Notes under the pieces: generated by a model
Database searches by the model: none
Told to the model about the DNA's origin: nothing
Seen by the model: only the letters and a program-made list of their open reading frames with translations
Program-made: the position numbers and the translations under genes
Assembly: GCA_043815185.1 (NCBI GenBank)
Contig: JBDRJF010000001.1
Location: 153,690-217,689 of the forward strand
Direction: 5' to 3'
From: Candidatus Omnitrophota bacterium
GTDB taxonomy: Bacteria > Omnitrophota > Gorgyraeia > Duberdicusellales > 4484-171
Length of the DNA: 64,000 nt
Part shown: positions 45,177 through 54,857 of the stretch, one piece after another
Position numbering within the stretch: position 1 is the first letter of the stretch
Layout: each line of letters begins with the position of its first letter

Positions 45177-46568
45177 CTAATCCTCTTCGGGTTCTTGCTT
45201 TATTAGTTTTAAGTATAACTCCTCTAATTGAGCTTCTTTAATCTCCGAAGGTGCACCGCTAAGAAGACAACTCCCCTTCTGAGTCTTGGGAAATGCAATC
45301 ACATCCCGGATACTTTCAGAACCACTTATTATAGCATACAATCTATCTAAACCAAATGCAATCCCGCCATGCGGCGGAACCCCGTATTTAAAGGAACGGA
45401 GAAGAAATCCGAACTTCTTTTGAGCCTCTTCTTGAGATATTCCCAGAATTTCAAAAATTTTCTCCTGTAGGATCGAGGAGTGAATTCTTATTGAACCACT
45501 GCCAATCTCTGACCCGTTGAGGACTAAATCATAAGCCCGGGCTCTTATTTTCGATAAATCCTTACCCCAGGCCGATAGATCATCCTGCTGAGGCGCTGTA
45601 AAAGGGTGGTGGCAAGACTGCCAGCGCCCTGCATCTTGATTATATTCAAAAAGAGGAAAATCTACTACCCAGAGGAAACGATAGTCATCCTCTCCAAGAT
45701 CAGGTTTATCTGTTCCGTATTTTTCCATTGCCTCCTGATGTGATAAACGTAAAAAAGGTGTCTTGATATTCACTCCTAAGCACTTGGAGAAAACATCGGC
45801 AATCATCTTCTCGGCCAGTGAATAAATATCTTCTTCTTCCAAAAAAGACAACTCTATATCCAACTGCGTAAACTCCGGTTGCCGGTCGCTCCGCAAATCT
45901 TCATCCCGGAAACAACGTACAATCTGGTAATATTTATCCATACCGCTGACCATTAAAATTTGTTTAAAAATCTGTGGTGATTGGGGCAGGGCATAGAATT
46001 TATTGGGTTGCAGCCGTGAAGGAACCAGATAGTCCCGAGCTCCCTCAGGCGTAGATTTGGTGAGAAATGGCGTCTCTATCTCTAAAAAATTCTGCTGGTT
46101 AAGGAAATTTCTAAAGCCCTGGTTCAGCTTATGGCGTAAGACTAACTTCTGATAAACCGAAGCCCTCCTTAAATCAAGATAACGGTGTCTTAGGCGAATT
46201 TCCTCCCCCGCCTCTATTGCTTCATCGATATTAAAAGGCAAATCTTCTGCAGCGCTTAAAATACCTAACTCCTGAGCAGTGACCTCAATAAGACCGGTAG
46301 AGATTTTGGGATTCTCGGTCTTTTTAGGCCGACGGTTAACCGGCCCTCTAATCTTGATTACATCCTCATTTCTTAATTTCTTAGCTAAGGCGTAAGTAGC
46401 CGCATTAGGTTTGGGTAAAAAAATTACCTGAGTAATTCCGTATCTATCTCGTAAGTCAATAAAAATAAGCTTGCCATGATCGCGGCGGGAAGCCACCCAG
46501 CCGCACAAGACTACCTCTTTATCTACATTATCCTCTGTCAACTGGCCACAAGTATGCGTACGTAACAT
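45177..46568 (-). CDS. aspS: aspartate-tRNA ligase, bacterial type but without the GAD insertion domain
   Basis: Contains FRDEDLRSDRQPEFTQLD, HHPFTAP and GLDR. DKPDL is followed after only 8 residues by FLWVVDFPLF. I prefer the start at ATG 46568 (MLRTHTCGQL), which has AAGGAG 8 nt upstream; the ORF track extends to 46598. Confidence 0.85.
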   Translation of the reverse strand: MLRTHTCGQLTEDNVDKEVVLCGWVASRRDHGKLIFIDLRDRYGITQVIFLPKPNAATYALAKKLRNEDVIKIRGPVNRRPKKTENPKISTGLIEVTAQELGILSAAEDLPFNIDEAIEAGEEIRLRHRYLDLRRASVYQKLVLRHKLNQGFRNFLNQQNFLEIETPFLTKSTPEGARDYLVPSRLQPNKFYALPQSPQIFKQILMVSGMDKYYQIVRCFRDEDLRSDRQPEFTQLDIELSFLEEEDIYSLAEKMIADVFSKCLGVNIKTPFLRLSHQEAMEKYGTDKPDLGEDDYRFLWVVDFPLFEYNQDAGRWQSCHHPFTAPQQDDLSAWGKDLSKIRARAYDLVLNGSEIGSGSIRIHSSILQEKIFEILGISQEEAQKKFGFLLRSFKYGVPPHGGIAFGLDRLYAIISGSESIRDVIAFPKTQKGSCLLSGAPSEIKEAQLEELYLKLIKQEPEED

Positions 46569-46572
46569 TTCT

Positions 46573-47829
46573 TTACTCCTTAGGTTTAAATCTAGCAAGA
46601 AAATTCTCTAATCTTATATCCTCTTGAGTCGAGTCTTGCATATTTCTTAGGGCTAAATACCCAGTTTTATATTTATCTCCAGCTAAAATCACAACATATT
46701 TTGCACCTTTTTTCTGAGCAATTCGTAGCTGTGCTTTTAAAGACTTGCCACAATAATCAAAATCAGCGCTTATTCCTTTCTCTCTTAAGTTATTTAAAAA
46801 ATAAAAGCCTTCCTCAATCAGTGATTTGCTGTCAACGGCGATAAAATAATCTAACTTCTGCTTTTTCTTTGATTCGCCTAAACTTAAAAGAATACGCTCC
46901 AATCCTAAGGCAAAGCCAATAGCCGCTTTACTAGGACCTCCTAAAGATTCAACTAAATTATTATATCTTCCTCCGGCTCCAATTGCATCTTTAGAGCCTA
47001 AACCTGGAGCAGTAATTTCAAAAACAGTATTAGTATAGTAATCGAGTCCTCGAACCATGCAAGGATCGGGCTGAGCTACTACGCCTAACCGTTTAAGTAT
47101 ATTAAGCACATCTCGATAATGGTCAAAACATCCGGGACAAAGATTTTCTCCTACTTCCATATCTATATTAAAATACCCCCTTGCCGCCTTTTGACATTGA
47201 GGTTTTTTACAATCTAAAACTCTTAAAGGATTCTTATCTAACCTTCTCTGGCAATCCTCGCAAAGATCGCGCTTCCTTTCTAATAAATCCTTCCTTAACA
47301 TTTTGGCAAGCGTGTCCTTGTCTTCTTTACACCCCAAAGAATTTATTTTTAAAGTTTTATCTTTAATTCCTATTGCATCTAATATTTTCAAACTTAAGAT
47401 AATCATTTCAGCATCTAAATAAGCGCTGTTTGAACCAATGGCTTCAGCACCAATGTGGTGAAATTGACGCAGCCTTCCTTTCTGCGGCCGCTCGCCCCTA
47501 AACATAGCGCCTATATAAAACAACTTATGGAAATCACTTTTTTTATGGAGGGAGTTGGCAAGATAATACCTTATGACCTGAGCTGTTCCTTCCGGACGAA
47601 GAACTACATCTTTCCCTTCGATTTTAAATATTTGTCTTTCAACAATATCTGTAGTTTCGCCTACACTTTTAACAAATAAATCTTTTTCTTCTAATATCGG
47701 AAGGATAATCTCTTCATATCCGAATAGTTTAAATATTTTTGCAGCTGTTTTGTTGGCTCGATTAAATTCTAGAACGCTAGATCCATTAAAGTCAGACGTT
47801 CCACGCACACTAGAGTAAATTTTTTTCAC
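46573..47829 (-). CDS. hisS: histidine-tRNA ligase
   Basis: Contains LRPEGTA, FRGERPQKGRLRQFHHIG and AGGRYN. The ORF track begins at a TTG (47859). I prefer the GTG at 47829, which is preceded by AGGAGGAG. Confidence 0.85.
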   Translation of the reverse strand: MKKIYSSVRGTSDFNGSSVLEFNRANKTAAKIFKLFGYEEIILPILEEKDLFVKSVGETTDIVERQIFKIEGKDVVLRPEGTAQVIRYYLANSLHKKSDFHKLFYIGAMFRGERPQKGRLRQFHHIGAEAIGSNSAYLDAEMIILSLKILDAIGIKDKTLKINSLGCKEDKDTLAKMLRKDLLERKRDLCEDCQRRLDKNPLRVLDCKKPQCQKAARGYFNIDMEVGENLCPGCFDHYRDVLNILKRLGVVAQPDPCMVRGLDYYTNTVFEITAPGLGSKDAIGAGGRYNNLVESLGGPSKAAIGFALGLERILLSLGESKKKQKLDYFIAVDSKSLIEEGFYFLNNLREKGISADFDYCGKSLKAQLRIAQKKGAKYVVILAGDKYKTGYLALRNMQDSTQEDIRLENFLARFKPKE

Positions 47830-47905
47830 TCTACTTCTCCTCCTGCTAATTTTAGGCAAGTCAACTTTAGGGGAAAGATGATGGGATTCATCTAAACAGA
47901 TGGGA

Positions 47906-48178
47906 CTACTTTATGGACTTCTTCATCTCTAGGCCAGGCTTAAACACAACAGCACGCCTTTCGGGGACAGGCACAACCTCACCAGTTTTAGGATTTCGGC
48001 CAATTCTCTTTTTTCTCTTTTTCACCTGAAATACCCCAAAATTTCTCAGCTCAATTCTTTTTCCAGCCTTTAAAGCATCAAAAATAGCATCAAATGTCCG
48101 TTGCACAACCTCTTTTACTACAACTTGTTTTATCTGAGTATCCTGGTTAATTTTAAGAACTATATCTCTTTTTCTCAT
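47906..48178 (-). CDS. HU/IHF family DNA-binding protein
   Basis: 90 aa with ELRNFGVFQVKKRKKRIGRNPKTGEVVPVPERRAVVFKPG. Confidence 0.85.
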   Translation of the reverse strand: MRKRDIVLKINQDTQIKQVVVKEVVQRTFDAIFDALKAGKRIELRNFGVFQVKKRKKRIGRNPKTGEVVPVPERRAVVFKPGLEMKKSIK

Positions 48179-48201
48179 AGAGTAAGTCTATCACCGGTAA
48201 A

Positions 48202-51200
48202 TTAAAGTGTCAAGGACAAGTTTCCCTCCCCTACTAGGGAGCCAATCTCATTTAATGCCTTCTCGCTCAAGGTGATGTAAAATTTACTACCGGTCTTAAC
48301 TTTTACCCCTTGGAGCTGGGAATTCTTGAAAGAAAAGAATACCGGCGTATCTCCTTGATATTTGGTGACAATATTCTTTAAGTTGCTTAACGAAATTCCC
48401 TTGTCCTCCAGTACAATGTCGGCACTCTTGACGTAATCAGTAATCTTTTCGACCGGGATAACCTGTGTGGCTAATATCTTAGGGACCTTGTCTTTAGTCT
48501 CAACCTTACCCTTCAATACCACTATCGCTTTTTCTCGAAGATAAAAGGCACAATCCTCAAAGAGGCGGGGAAAAATAAAAACTTCAATGCTACCAGTCTC
48601 ATCTTCCAGTTTTAGAATCGCCATCCGTTGGCCCTTCCTGCGAGTGATAATATTCTTTACCTTCTCCACCACTCCGTAAACCATAACCTCTCCCTGTCGC
48701 GGATGTTCCCAGAGACGGATTATTTTTCCACACTTAAGGTAATTAGCTACACCGGAGTAGCTGTGTAAAGGATGGCTAGTTAAGTATATACCCAAGAGAG
48801 ACTTCTCGAAGTTTAGTATCTGTAAAATTGGCCACTCCTCAACATCAGGGACACTCTCATCAACGGGGTCAGAAAAAAGCCTTAGTTGAGCCGGGTCTTC
48901 CCGTTTTACCCCTTTATTTAATATTTTATCCAGAAGTGCCATCATTTGAGCCCGGCGAAGATTAAAACTGTCCATTGCTCCCGACTTTATAAGGCTCTCA
49001 ACAACCTTCTTATTCACCACCCGGGAATCAACTCTTTTGGAGAAATCAAAAATGCTCTTAAATTTACCCTGCTGCCTGGTCTCAATGATATTTTCTAAAG
49101 CGGCTTTCCCGACATTTTTAATCGCCATTAAACCAAAGCGTATATCCTGATCATCGGTCACCGTAAAATTATTAAAACTGGTATTTATATCCGGAGGAAA
49201 AACCTTAATTTTCATCCGGTTTGATTCATTAATATACTCTACAACCTTATCAGTATTATTGCGCTCACTGGTTAGGAGAGCTGCCATAAACTCTACAGGA
49301 TAGTTAGCCTTGAGGTATGCCGTGCGATATGAAATTAAGGCATAAGCCGTAGAATGGCTTTTGTTAAAGCCGTAACCTGAGAAGTAATCAATCAAGTCGA
49401 ATATCTGGTCGGCCGTATTTACCGGAATGTTATTCTTACGGCAACCTTCTATAAACATATGCCTCTGTTCCTCCATAATTTCCGGTATTTTCTTACCGAT
49501 AGCTTTTCTTAATAAATCTGCCCGGGAGAGATCAAAACCAGCTAATCTGGCCACTATCTGCATAATCTGTTCCTGGTAAAGAATTATCCCGTAGGTCTTC
49601 TTTAAAATCGGCTCTAATTTAGGGTGAACATAGGAAATATTCTTCTTGCCTTGCTTGCGGTTAATAAAATCATCGACCATGCCACTGCCTAAAGGACCAG
49701 GACGATAGAGGGCTAAGACAGCAATTAAATCTTCAAACTTATTAGGATTTATTTTCTTTAAGATTTCCCGCATCCCTCTACTTTCCAATTGAAAGACACC
49801 AATGGTATTACTCTTGACTAGCAGCGAAAAGGTTTTCTTATCAATAAGAGATATCGTGGTAATATCTAATTCTACCCCTTTAGTTCGCTTGATAATCTTA
49901 ACAGTCTCATCGATTACCGTAAGGGTTTTCAAACCTAAGAAATCCATCTTAAGTAGACCGGTCTTCTCCAGCGACCCCATATCAAAACCAGTAACTGTCT
50001 CACCTTCTGCACCGCGAGTTAAGGGAACTCGCTCCATCAGCGGTTTATCGGAAATAACTACTCCGGCAGCATGGGTTGAGGCGTGACGGGAAAGCCCCTC
50101 AAGCTGCATAGCTACATCAATGAGACGTTTAACTCTATCATCAGAATCATAAATGTCAGCCAACTCGGAGTTCAAAGATAAAGCTCGGCGCAAATCAATG
50201 TGCTGGCCGGAACCATAAGGAATCATTTTGGCAATTTTATCTACCTCAGCATAGTTAAAACTCATAACCCGGCCGACATCTCTGATTACTGCCCGAGCCA
50301 ACATTGTTCCAAAAGTAATTATCTGGGCCACATTGGCCTTGCCATATCTTTGGGCCACATAGCTTAGGACCTCGGCCCGCTTCTCATAACAGAAGTCGAT
50401 ATCAATATCAGGCATCGAGACCCTTTGGGAATTTAGGAATCTTTCAAAAAGAAGGTCATAATTTAAAGGATCGACATCGGTAATATGCAAAATATAACTT
50501 ACAATGCTGCCGGCGGCACTGCCCCGGCCAGGACCTACCGGAATATGATTTTCCTTGGCAAATTTAACTAAGTCCCAGATTATTAAAAAGTAGCTGGAAA
50601 ATCCGGTCTTCTTAATCGTCTCTAACTCGTAGTTTAATCTTTCGGTGACAACCTTACCTTTCCCAGGGTATCGGAACTTTAAATTTTCTTGGCAAACCTT
50701 TCTTAAATAATCACTATCACTTACACCCTCAGGAAGAGGAAAATGGGGCAGGTGAATTTGGGAAAAATCCATGGTAAGATTGCACTTTTGAGTAATCTCA
50801 ATAGTATTCCTTATAGATTCAGGAATATCCTTAAAAATCTGCTTCATCTCAAGCGGGCTGCGAAAATAAAAAGTATCGCTATTAAATCTAAAACGATTAG
50901 GGTCAGCCAGAGTAGTCTGAGTTTGAATAGCTAAGAGAGCTTCGTGAGCAAATGATTCTTCTTTCTCCAGATAATGAATATCATTAGTAGCAACTAAAGG
51001 AATGTCTAAATCCCGGGAAATTTTAACCAACTGATCATTTACGGTTTTCTGCTCAGCCAAACCGTTCTCCATAATCTCCAGATAAAAATTCCCTTTGCCG
51101 AAGATATGCAAATAATCATCAGCCAGTTTAGAAGCCTTATTTAGATTACCGGAGGTAATCGCTGAAGGGATTTCTCCTTTAAGGCAGGCACTGGAAGCAA

Positions 51201-51606
51201 TTAACCCTTGATGGTGCTGACAGAGAAGTTCTTTATCCACCCGGGGCTTGTAGTAAAATCCTTCCAAGTTGGCTAAACTGACCAGCTTTATAAGATTAGA
51301 ATAGCCTTCTTCGTCTTTAACCAGAAGAATAAGATGGTAGTTATCGTCGCCATTTGGTTTATAATCTCTATTAAGGCGTGAGCCTTCGGCCACATAGACT
51401 TCACAGCCGATTATCGGCTTTATCCCCTTTTTTACACAAAGATTATAAAACTTGATTGCTCCGAATATATTGCCATGATCAGTCATGGCTAAAGCCGGCA
51501 GCTTATGCTGCACAGCCTTATCCACCAACCGGTCCAACAAACAAGCACCATCTAAGAGGCTATATTGGGTATGCACATGGAGGTGTACAAAATCAGCGTG
51601 GGTCAT
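48202..51606 (-). CDS. dnaE: DNA polymerase III subunit alpha
   Basis: 1134 aa with an N-terminal PHP domain FVHLHVHTQYSLLDGA, followed by Pol III alpha palm/fingers, HhH and OB regions. Confidence 0.95.
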   Translation of the reverse strand: MTHADFVHLHVHTQYSLLDGACLLDRLVDKAVQHKLPALAMTDHGNIFGAIKFYNLCVKKGIKPIIGCEVYVAEGSRLNRDYKPNGDDNYHLILLVKDEEGYSNLIKLVSLANLEGFYYKPRVDKELLCQHHQGLIASSACLKGEIPSAITSGNLNKASKLADDYLHIFGKGNFYLEIMENGLAEQKTVNDQLVKISRDLDIPLVATNDIHYLEKEESFAHEALLAIQTQTTLADPNRFRFNSDTFYFRSPLEMKQIFKDIPESIRNTIEITQKCNLTMDFSQIHLPHFPLPEGVSDSDYLRKVCQENLKFRYPGKGKVVTERLNYELETIKKTGFSSYFLIIWDLVKFAKENHIPVGPGRGSAAGSIVSYILHITDVDPLNYDLLFERFLNSQRVSMPDIDIDFCYEKRAEVLSYVAQRYGKANVAQIITFGTMLARAVIRDVGRVMSFNYAEVDKIAKMIPYGSGQHIDLRRALSLNSELADIYDSDDRVKRLIDVAMQLEGLSRHASTHAAGVVISDKPLMERVPLTRGAEGETVTGFDMGSLEKTGLLKMDFLGLKTLTVIDETVKIIKRTKGVELDITTISLIDKKTFSLLVKSNTIGVFQLESRGMREILKKINPNKFEDLIAVLALYRPGPLGSGMVDDFINRKQGKKNISYVHPKLEPILKKTYGIILYQEQIMQIVARLAGFDLSRADLLRKAIGKKIPEIMEEQRHMFIEGCRKNNIPVNTADQIFDLIDYFSGYGFNKSHSTAYALISYRTAYLKANYPVEFMAALLTSERNNTDKVVEYINESNRMKIKVFPPDINTSFNNFTVTDDQDIRFGLMAIKNVGKAALENIIETRQQGKFKSIFDFSKRVDSRVVNKKVVESLIKSGAMDSFNLRRAQMMALLDKILNKGVKREDPAQLRLFSDPVDESVPDVEEWPILQILNFEKSLLGIYLTSHPLHSYSGVANYLKCGKIIRLWEHPRQGEVMVYGVVEKVKNIITRRKGQRMAILKLEDETGSIEVFIFPRLFEDCAFYLREKAIVVLKGKVETKDKVPKILATQVIPVEKITDYVKSADIVLEDKGISLSNLKNIVTKYQGDTPVFFSFKNSQLQGVKVKTGSKFYITLSEKALNEIGSLVGEGNLSLTL

Positions 51607-51735
51607 AATATTAGTTTACAAGTTAAAAGCCCAAAGTCTAAAGTTTAAAAGTTAGAAACCGAAATATTTTCCTTTTTCTCAGAAAAAATCGTTTACCAGC
51701 TTAGCTTTTTTAAATGGGGTCTGTCCCGATTTAAT

Positions 51736-52059
51736 TTAATATGCTGATTTAATCATAATCAGCAGCATTTTAAACTTTTCCTTGGCTTTTAAAGCATGGG
51801 GTTTATTAGCCGGCATTATAACCATGTCGCCTTTGTTTAAAATCATTGTATCACCGGCAATGGTGGCTTCGGCCTCACCCTCAAGGATATTAACCATGGC
51901 ATCAAAAGGCGCGGTATGCTGACTTAACCCCTGATCCTTATCAAAAGCAAAGACTGTTACTGTCCCGGTTTGTTTCTTGATCAAGGTCTTACTGACCACC
52001 GAACCCTCTTGATAATCAATCAACTCACTTATTTTTTTTACCTCAATTTCCTCGGTCAT
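51736..52059 (-). CDS. cupin domain protein
   Basis: 107 aa with a small beta-barrel pattern: QHTAPFDAMVNILEGEAEATIAGD...GDMVIMPANKPHAL. Confidence 0.6.
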   Translation of the reverse strand: MTEEIEVKKISELIDYQEGSVVSKTLIKKQTGTVTVFAFDKDQGLSQHTAPFDAMVNILEGEAEATIAGDTMILNKGDMVIMPANKPHALKAKEKFKMLLIMIKSAY

Positions 52060-52079
52060 TTTCTCTTTATTTTATAAAC

Positions 52080-52099
52080 GGTTTAGGCAGGCCTAAACC
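52080..52099. repeat. palindromic element copy C: GGTTTAGG-CAGG-CCTAAACC
   Basis: Same 8-nt arms as copy A with a 4-nt spacer. Located 16 nt after the guaA stop and 20 nt before the cupin ATG. Confidence 0.7.
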
Positions 52100-52115
52100 C
52101 TACTATATACTCTCT

Positions 52116-53660
52116 CTACTCCCACTCAATTGTGGCCGGGGGCTTAGAGCTTATATCGAAGACGACCCGGTTTATCCCTCTTACATTATTAATAATCGAG
52201 TTAGAAATCTGATCCAGAACTGCGTGGGGTAACTTAGACCAGTCAGCAGTCATCCCGTCAAGGCTGCTGACTGCCCGTATTGCAACCACATATTCGTAAG
52301 TCCGCTTATCGCCCATTACTCCTACTGTCTTAAGCGGAAGCAAGACACAAAATGCCTGCCAAACGTCATTATAAAGATTGTTCTTCTTTATGATCTTTCC
52401 TAAAATAGCATCAGCTTCACGTAAAATATTAAGCTGCTTAGTGCTTACTTCACCGATTATCCTGATTGCCAGGCCCGGACCGGGGAAAGGGTGGCGGCTA
52501 ATTATCGCTGGAGGGAGCTTAAGGATTTTAGCAATTTCTCTGACCTCGTCCTTAAACAGCTGACGGAAAGGTTCGATTAATTTTAGTTCCATATCCAAGG
52601 GCAGGCCCCCTACATTATGATGAGATTTTATACAGGCTGTAGGGCCGCCGAAAAAGGATATTGATTCGATTACATCGGGATAGAGAGTCCCCTGCACCAG
52701 AAATTCAACATTTTTTATTTTGCGGGCTTCAGCTTCAAATACCCGTATAAATTCATGGCCGATTATCTTACGCTTGGCTTCAGGGTCAACAACACCCTTT
52801 AATTTAGCTAAGAATAATTTTGAAGCATCAACATAGCGCAGGTCCATTTTAAAGTGATCCCGGAAAATACTGATTACCTTCTGAACTTCAAACCTCCGCA
52901 ATACTCCGTTATTGACAAAAATACACTTAAGTTTTTTGCCTAAAGCTTTATGAAGAAGAACAGCAGCAGTAGCTGAATCTACCCCTCCGCTTAAGCCTAA
53001 AATAACGTTTTTCTTACCTACCTTTTTTCTTATCTCTTTTATCTGCTCGGCTGCAAAATCTTCTAACTGCCAGGTTGCAAAACAACCAATAATTCTAAAT
53101 AAAAAATTGGAAATTATCTGAATACCTAATTCAGTATGAACAACTTCCGGATGAAATTGAACCCCGTAGATCTTCTGCTTGCGATTACCAATAGAGGCAT
53201 ATTTAGTATTAAGGGTATGACTGAGTAGTTTAAAACCGGGGGGTAGCTTGATAACCTGATCAGTATGACTCATCCAAGAAGTAATTTCTGCCGGAAGCGA
53301 GAAGAATAGGTCGTCATGGCCATCAATATACATCTTGGCTTTTCCGTATTCCCTCTGCTGACTCTCTTTGACCTTACCCTTTAAGACTTTGACTAGAATC
53401 TGCATCCCGTAACAAATGCCCAGAATCGGTATACCTAACCGCAGAACTTCCTCCTTAAGGCAAGGGGCTCCTTTTTCATAAACGCTGTGGGGGCCGCCGG
53501 AGAGAATTATCCCTTTAGGTTTAATCTTCTTGATCTTACTTATACTGATAGTGCAAGGCTCAATAACACTAAAAACCTTAAGTTCTCTAACCCGGCGGGC
53601 AATCAGTTGGGTATATTGAGACCCAAAATCAAGAATTAAGATTAAATCTTTCTTCTTCAT
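52116..53660 (-). CDS. guaA: GMP synthase (glutamine-hydrolysing)
   Basis: 514 aa with GATase GICYGMQ, the ATP-PPase motif SGGVDS, and a C-terminal PPATIEWE. Confidence 0.95.
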   Translation of the reverse strand: MKKKDLILILDFGSQYTQLIARRVRELKVFSVIEPCTISISKIKKIKPKGIILSGGPHSVYEKGAPCLKEEVLRLGIPILGICYGMQILVKVLKGKVKESQQREYGKAKMYIDGHDDLFFSLPAEITSWMSHTDQVIKLPPGFKLLSHTLNTKYASIGNRKQKIYGVQFHPEVVHTELGIQIISNFLFRIIGCFATWQLEDFAAEQIKEIRKKVGKKNVILGLSGGVDSATAAVLLHKALGKKLKCIFVNNGVLRRFEVQKVISIFRDHFKMDLRYVDASKLFLAKLKGVVDPEAKRKIIGHEFIRVFEAEARKIKNVEFLVQGTLYPDVIESISFFGGPTACIKSHHNVGGLPLDMELKLIEPFRQLFKDEVREIAKILKLPPAIISRHPFPGPGLAIRIIGEVSTKQLNILREADAILGKIIKKNNLYNDVWQAFCVLLPLKTVGVMGDKRTYEYVVAIRAVSSLDGMTADWSKLPHAVLDQISNSIINNVRGINRVVFDISSKPPATIEWE

Positions 53661-53696
53661 CGGCTTTACTTCTAATTTTTAAGCTTAAATTTATCG

Positions 53697-54857
53697 TTAT
53701 TTGCCCATTCCCACTCGCTGGGTGGCCTGGAAGACCTTTCCTTCAGATTGAATAGAGGGAGCAATAATCATTTCCACAAAATGCATATCTTTAAGTGTCT
53801 TTGCGCCTAACGAACCCATAGAGGTCATCAGCGCACCGATTAAATTCTGAGAACCATCATCAACTGTTGCCGGACCAAAAAGAATCTGCTCCAGGCTGCC
53901 GGTTACCCCCACTTCTATTCTTGTGCCGCGAGGTAAATTGCCGTGCGAGGTAGCCATTCCCCAATGGAATCCCTTTCCCGGCGCCTCTTGGGCCCGGGCA
54001 AAGGCTGAACCAATCATTACGGCATCAGCGCCAGAGGCAAAGGCTTTACAGACATCACCGCCCCGGTTCATTCCGCCATCAGTAATTATCGAGATATACC
54101 TTCCGGTTTTCTGGTAATAAAAATCTCTGGCCGCTGAACAATCAATGGTAGAGGTTACCTGGGGAACACCAATGCCTAAAACTCCCCGGGTAGTACAAGC
54201 TGCTCCGGGACCTACCCCGACTAAAATACCTGAACAGCCAGTCTCAAAAAGTTCCAAGGTAACATCGTAGGTAACACAATTACCGATAATTACCGGAATT
54301 TTTCTCTGTTTGCAGAATTTATACAAATCCAAAGGTTTATACTTAGCAGCTACATGAATCGGAGTGGCTACGGTAGATTGAAGTACAAAACAATCTATTC
54401 CGGCATCCTCGGCAATAACAGCAAACCGTTTGGCATTTTGAGGAATACAGCTAACTGCAGCGTAACCTCCGCTTTTTTTTATCTCTTCAACTCGCTTAGC
54501 AATCAAAGCCTCCTTAATCGGAGCAGTATATACTTTTTGAATTAAATTGGTGGCCTCTGCCGGAGAACTCTTAGCAATTTTATTTAACACCTGCTCGGGA
54601 TTATCATAACGTGTCTGTACCCCATCTAGATTTAAAACAGCAATCCCCCCTAGGCGCGACATCTCAATAGCAAACTTAACACCAATCACTCCGTCCATTG
54701 CTGCCGCCAGAATCGGAACCGGGAAACTCTTTCCGGCAAACTCCCAGGATACATTTACCTCTTCGGGATTTATGGTAACTCTTCCCGGAGCGAGAGCAAT
54801 CTCATCAAAACCATAGCATCTTCGCGCCCTTTTCCCTATGCCAATCCACTCTGCCAT
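53697..54857 (-). CDS. IMP dehydrogenase family protein without CBS domains (GuaB3-type)
   Basis: 386 aa. The N-terminus IGIGKRARRCYGFDEIALAPG is typical of the IMPDH-related (GuaB3-like) subgroup. The catalytic-loop-like sequence GVGPGAACTTR retains the Cys. No CBS pair is present. Confidence 0.8.
   Translation of the reverse strand: MAEWIGIGKRARRCYGFDEIALAPGRVTINPEEVNVSWEFAGKSFPVPILAAAMDGVIGVKFAIEMSRLGGIAVLNLDGVQTRYDNPEQVLNKIAKSSPAEATNLIQKVYTAPIKEALIAKRVEEIKKSGGYAAVSCIPQNAKRFAVIAEDAGIDCFVLQSTVATPIHVAAKYKPLDLYKFCKQRKIPVIIGNCVTYDVTLELFETGCSGILVGVGPGAACTTRGVLGIGVPQVTSTIDCSAARDFYYQKTGRYISIITDGGMNRGGDVCKAFASGADAVMIGSAFARAQEAPGKGFHWGMATSHGNLPRGTRIEVGVTGSLEQILFGPATVDDGSQNLIGALMTSMGSLGAKTLKDMHFVEMIIAPSIQSEGKVFQATQRVGMGK

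Noticed and set aside
46569-47859. N-terminal extensions in the ORF track for aspS (to 46598) and hisS (TTG at 47859), and likewise for queF (to 40439), the lipoprotein (to 7701) and the oxidoreductase (to 55819).
   Set aside because: In each case a downstream ATG or GTG has a much better Shine-Dalgarno sequence, removes the overlap with the upstream gene, and matches the family's usual N-terminus.
51607-51735. Possible leaderless dnaE mRNA (TAAACT 6 nt before the ATG, no Shine-Dalgarno sequence) and AAAGT-rich direct repeats in the spacer.
   Set aside because: The -35 match is poor and the repeats are AT-rich low-complexity sequence. This cannot be distinguished from chance.
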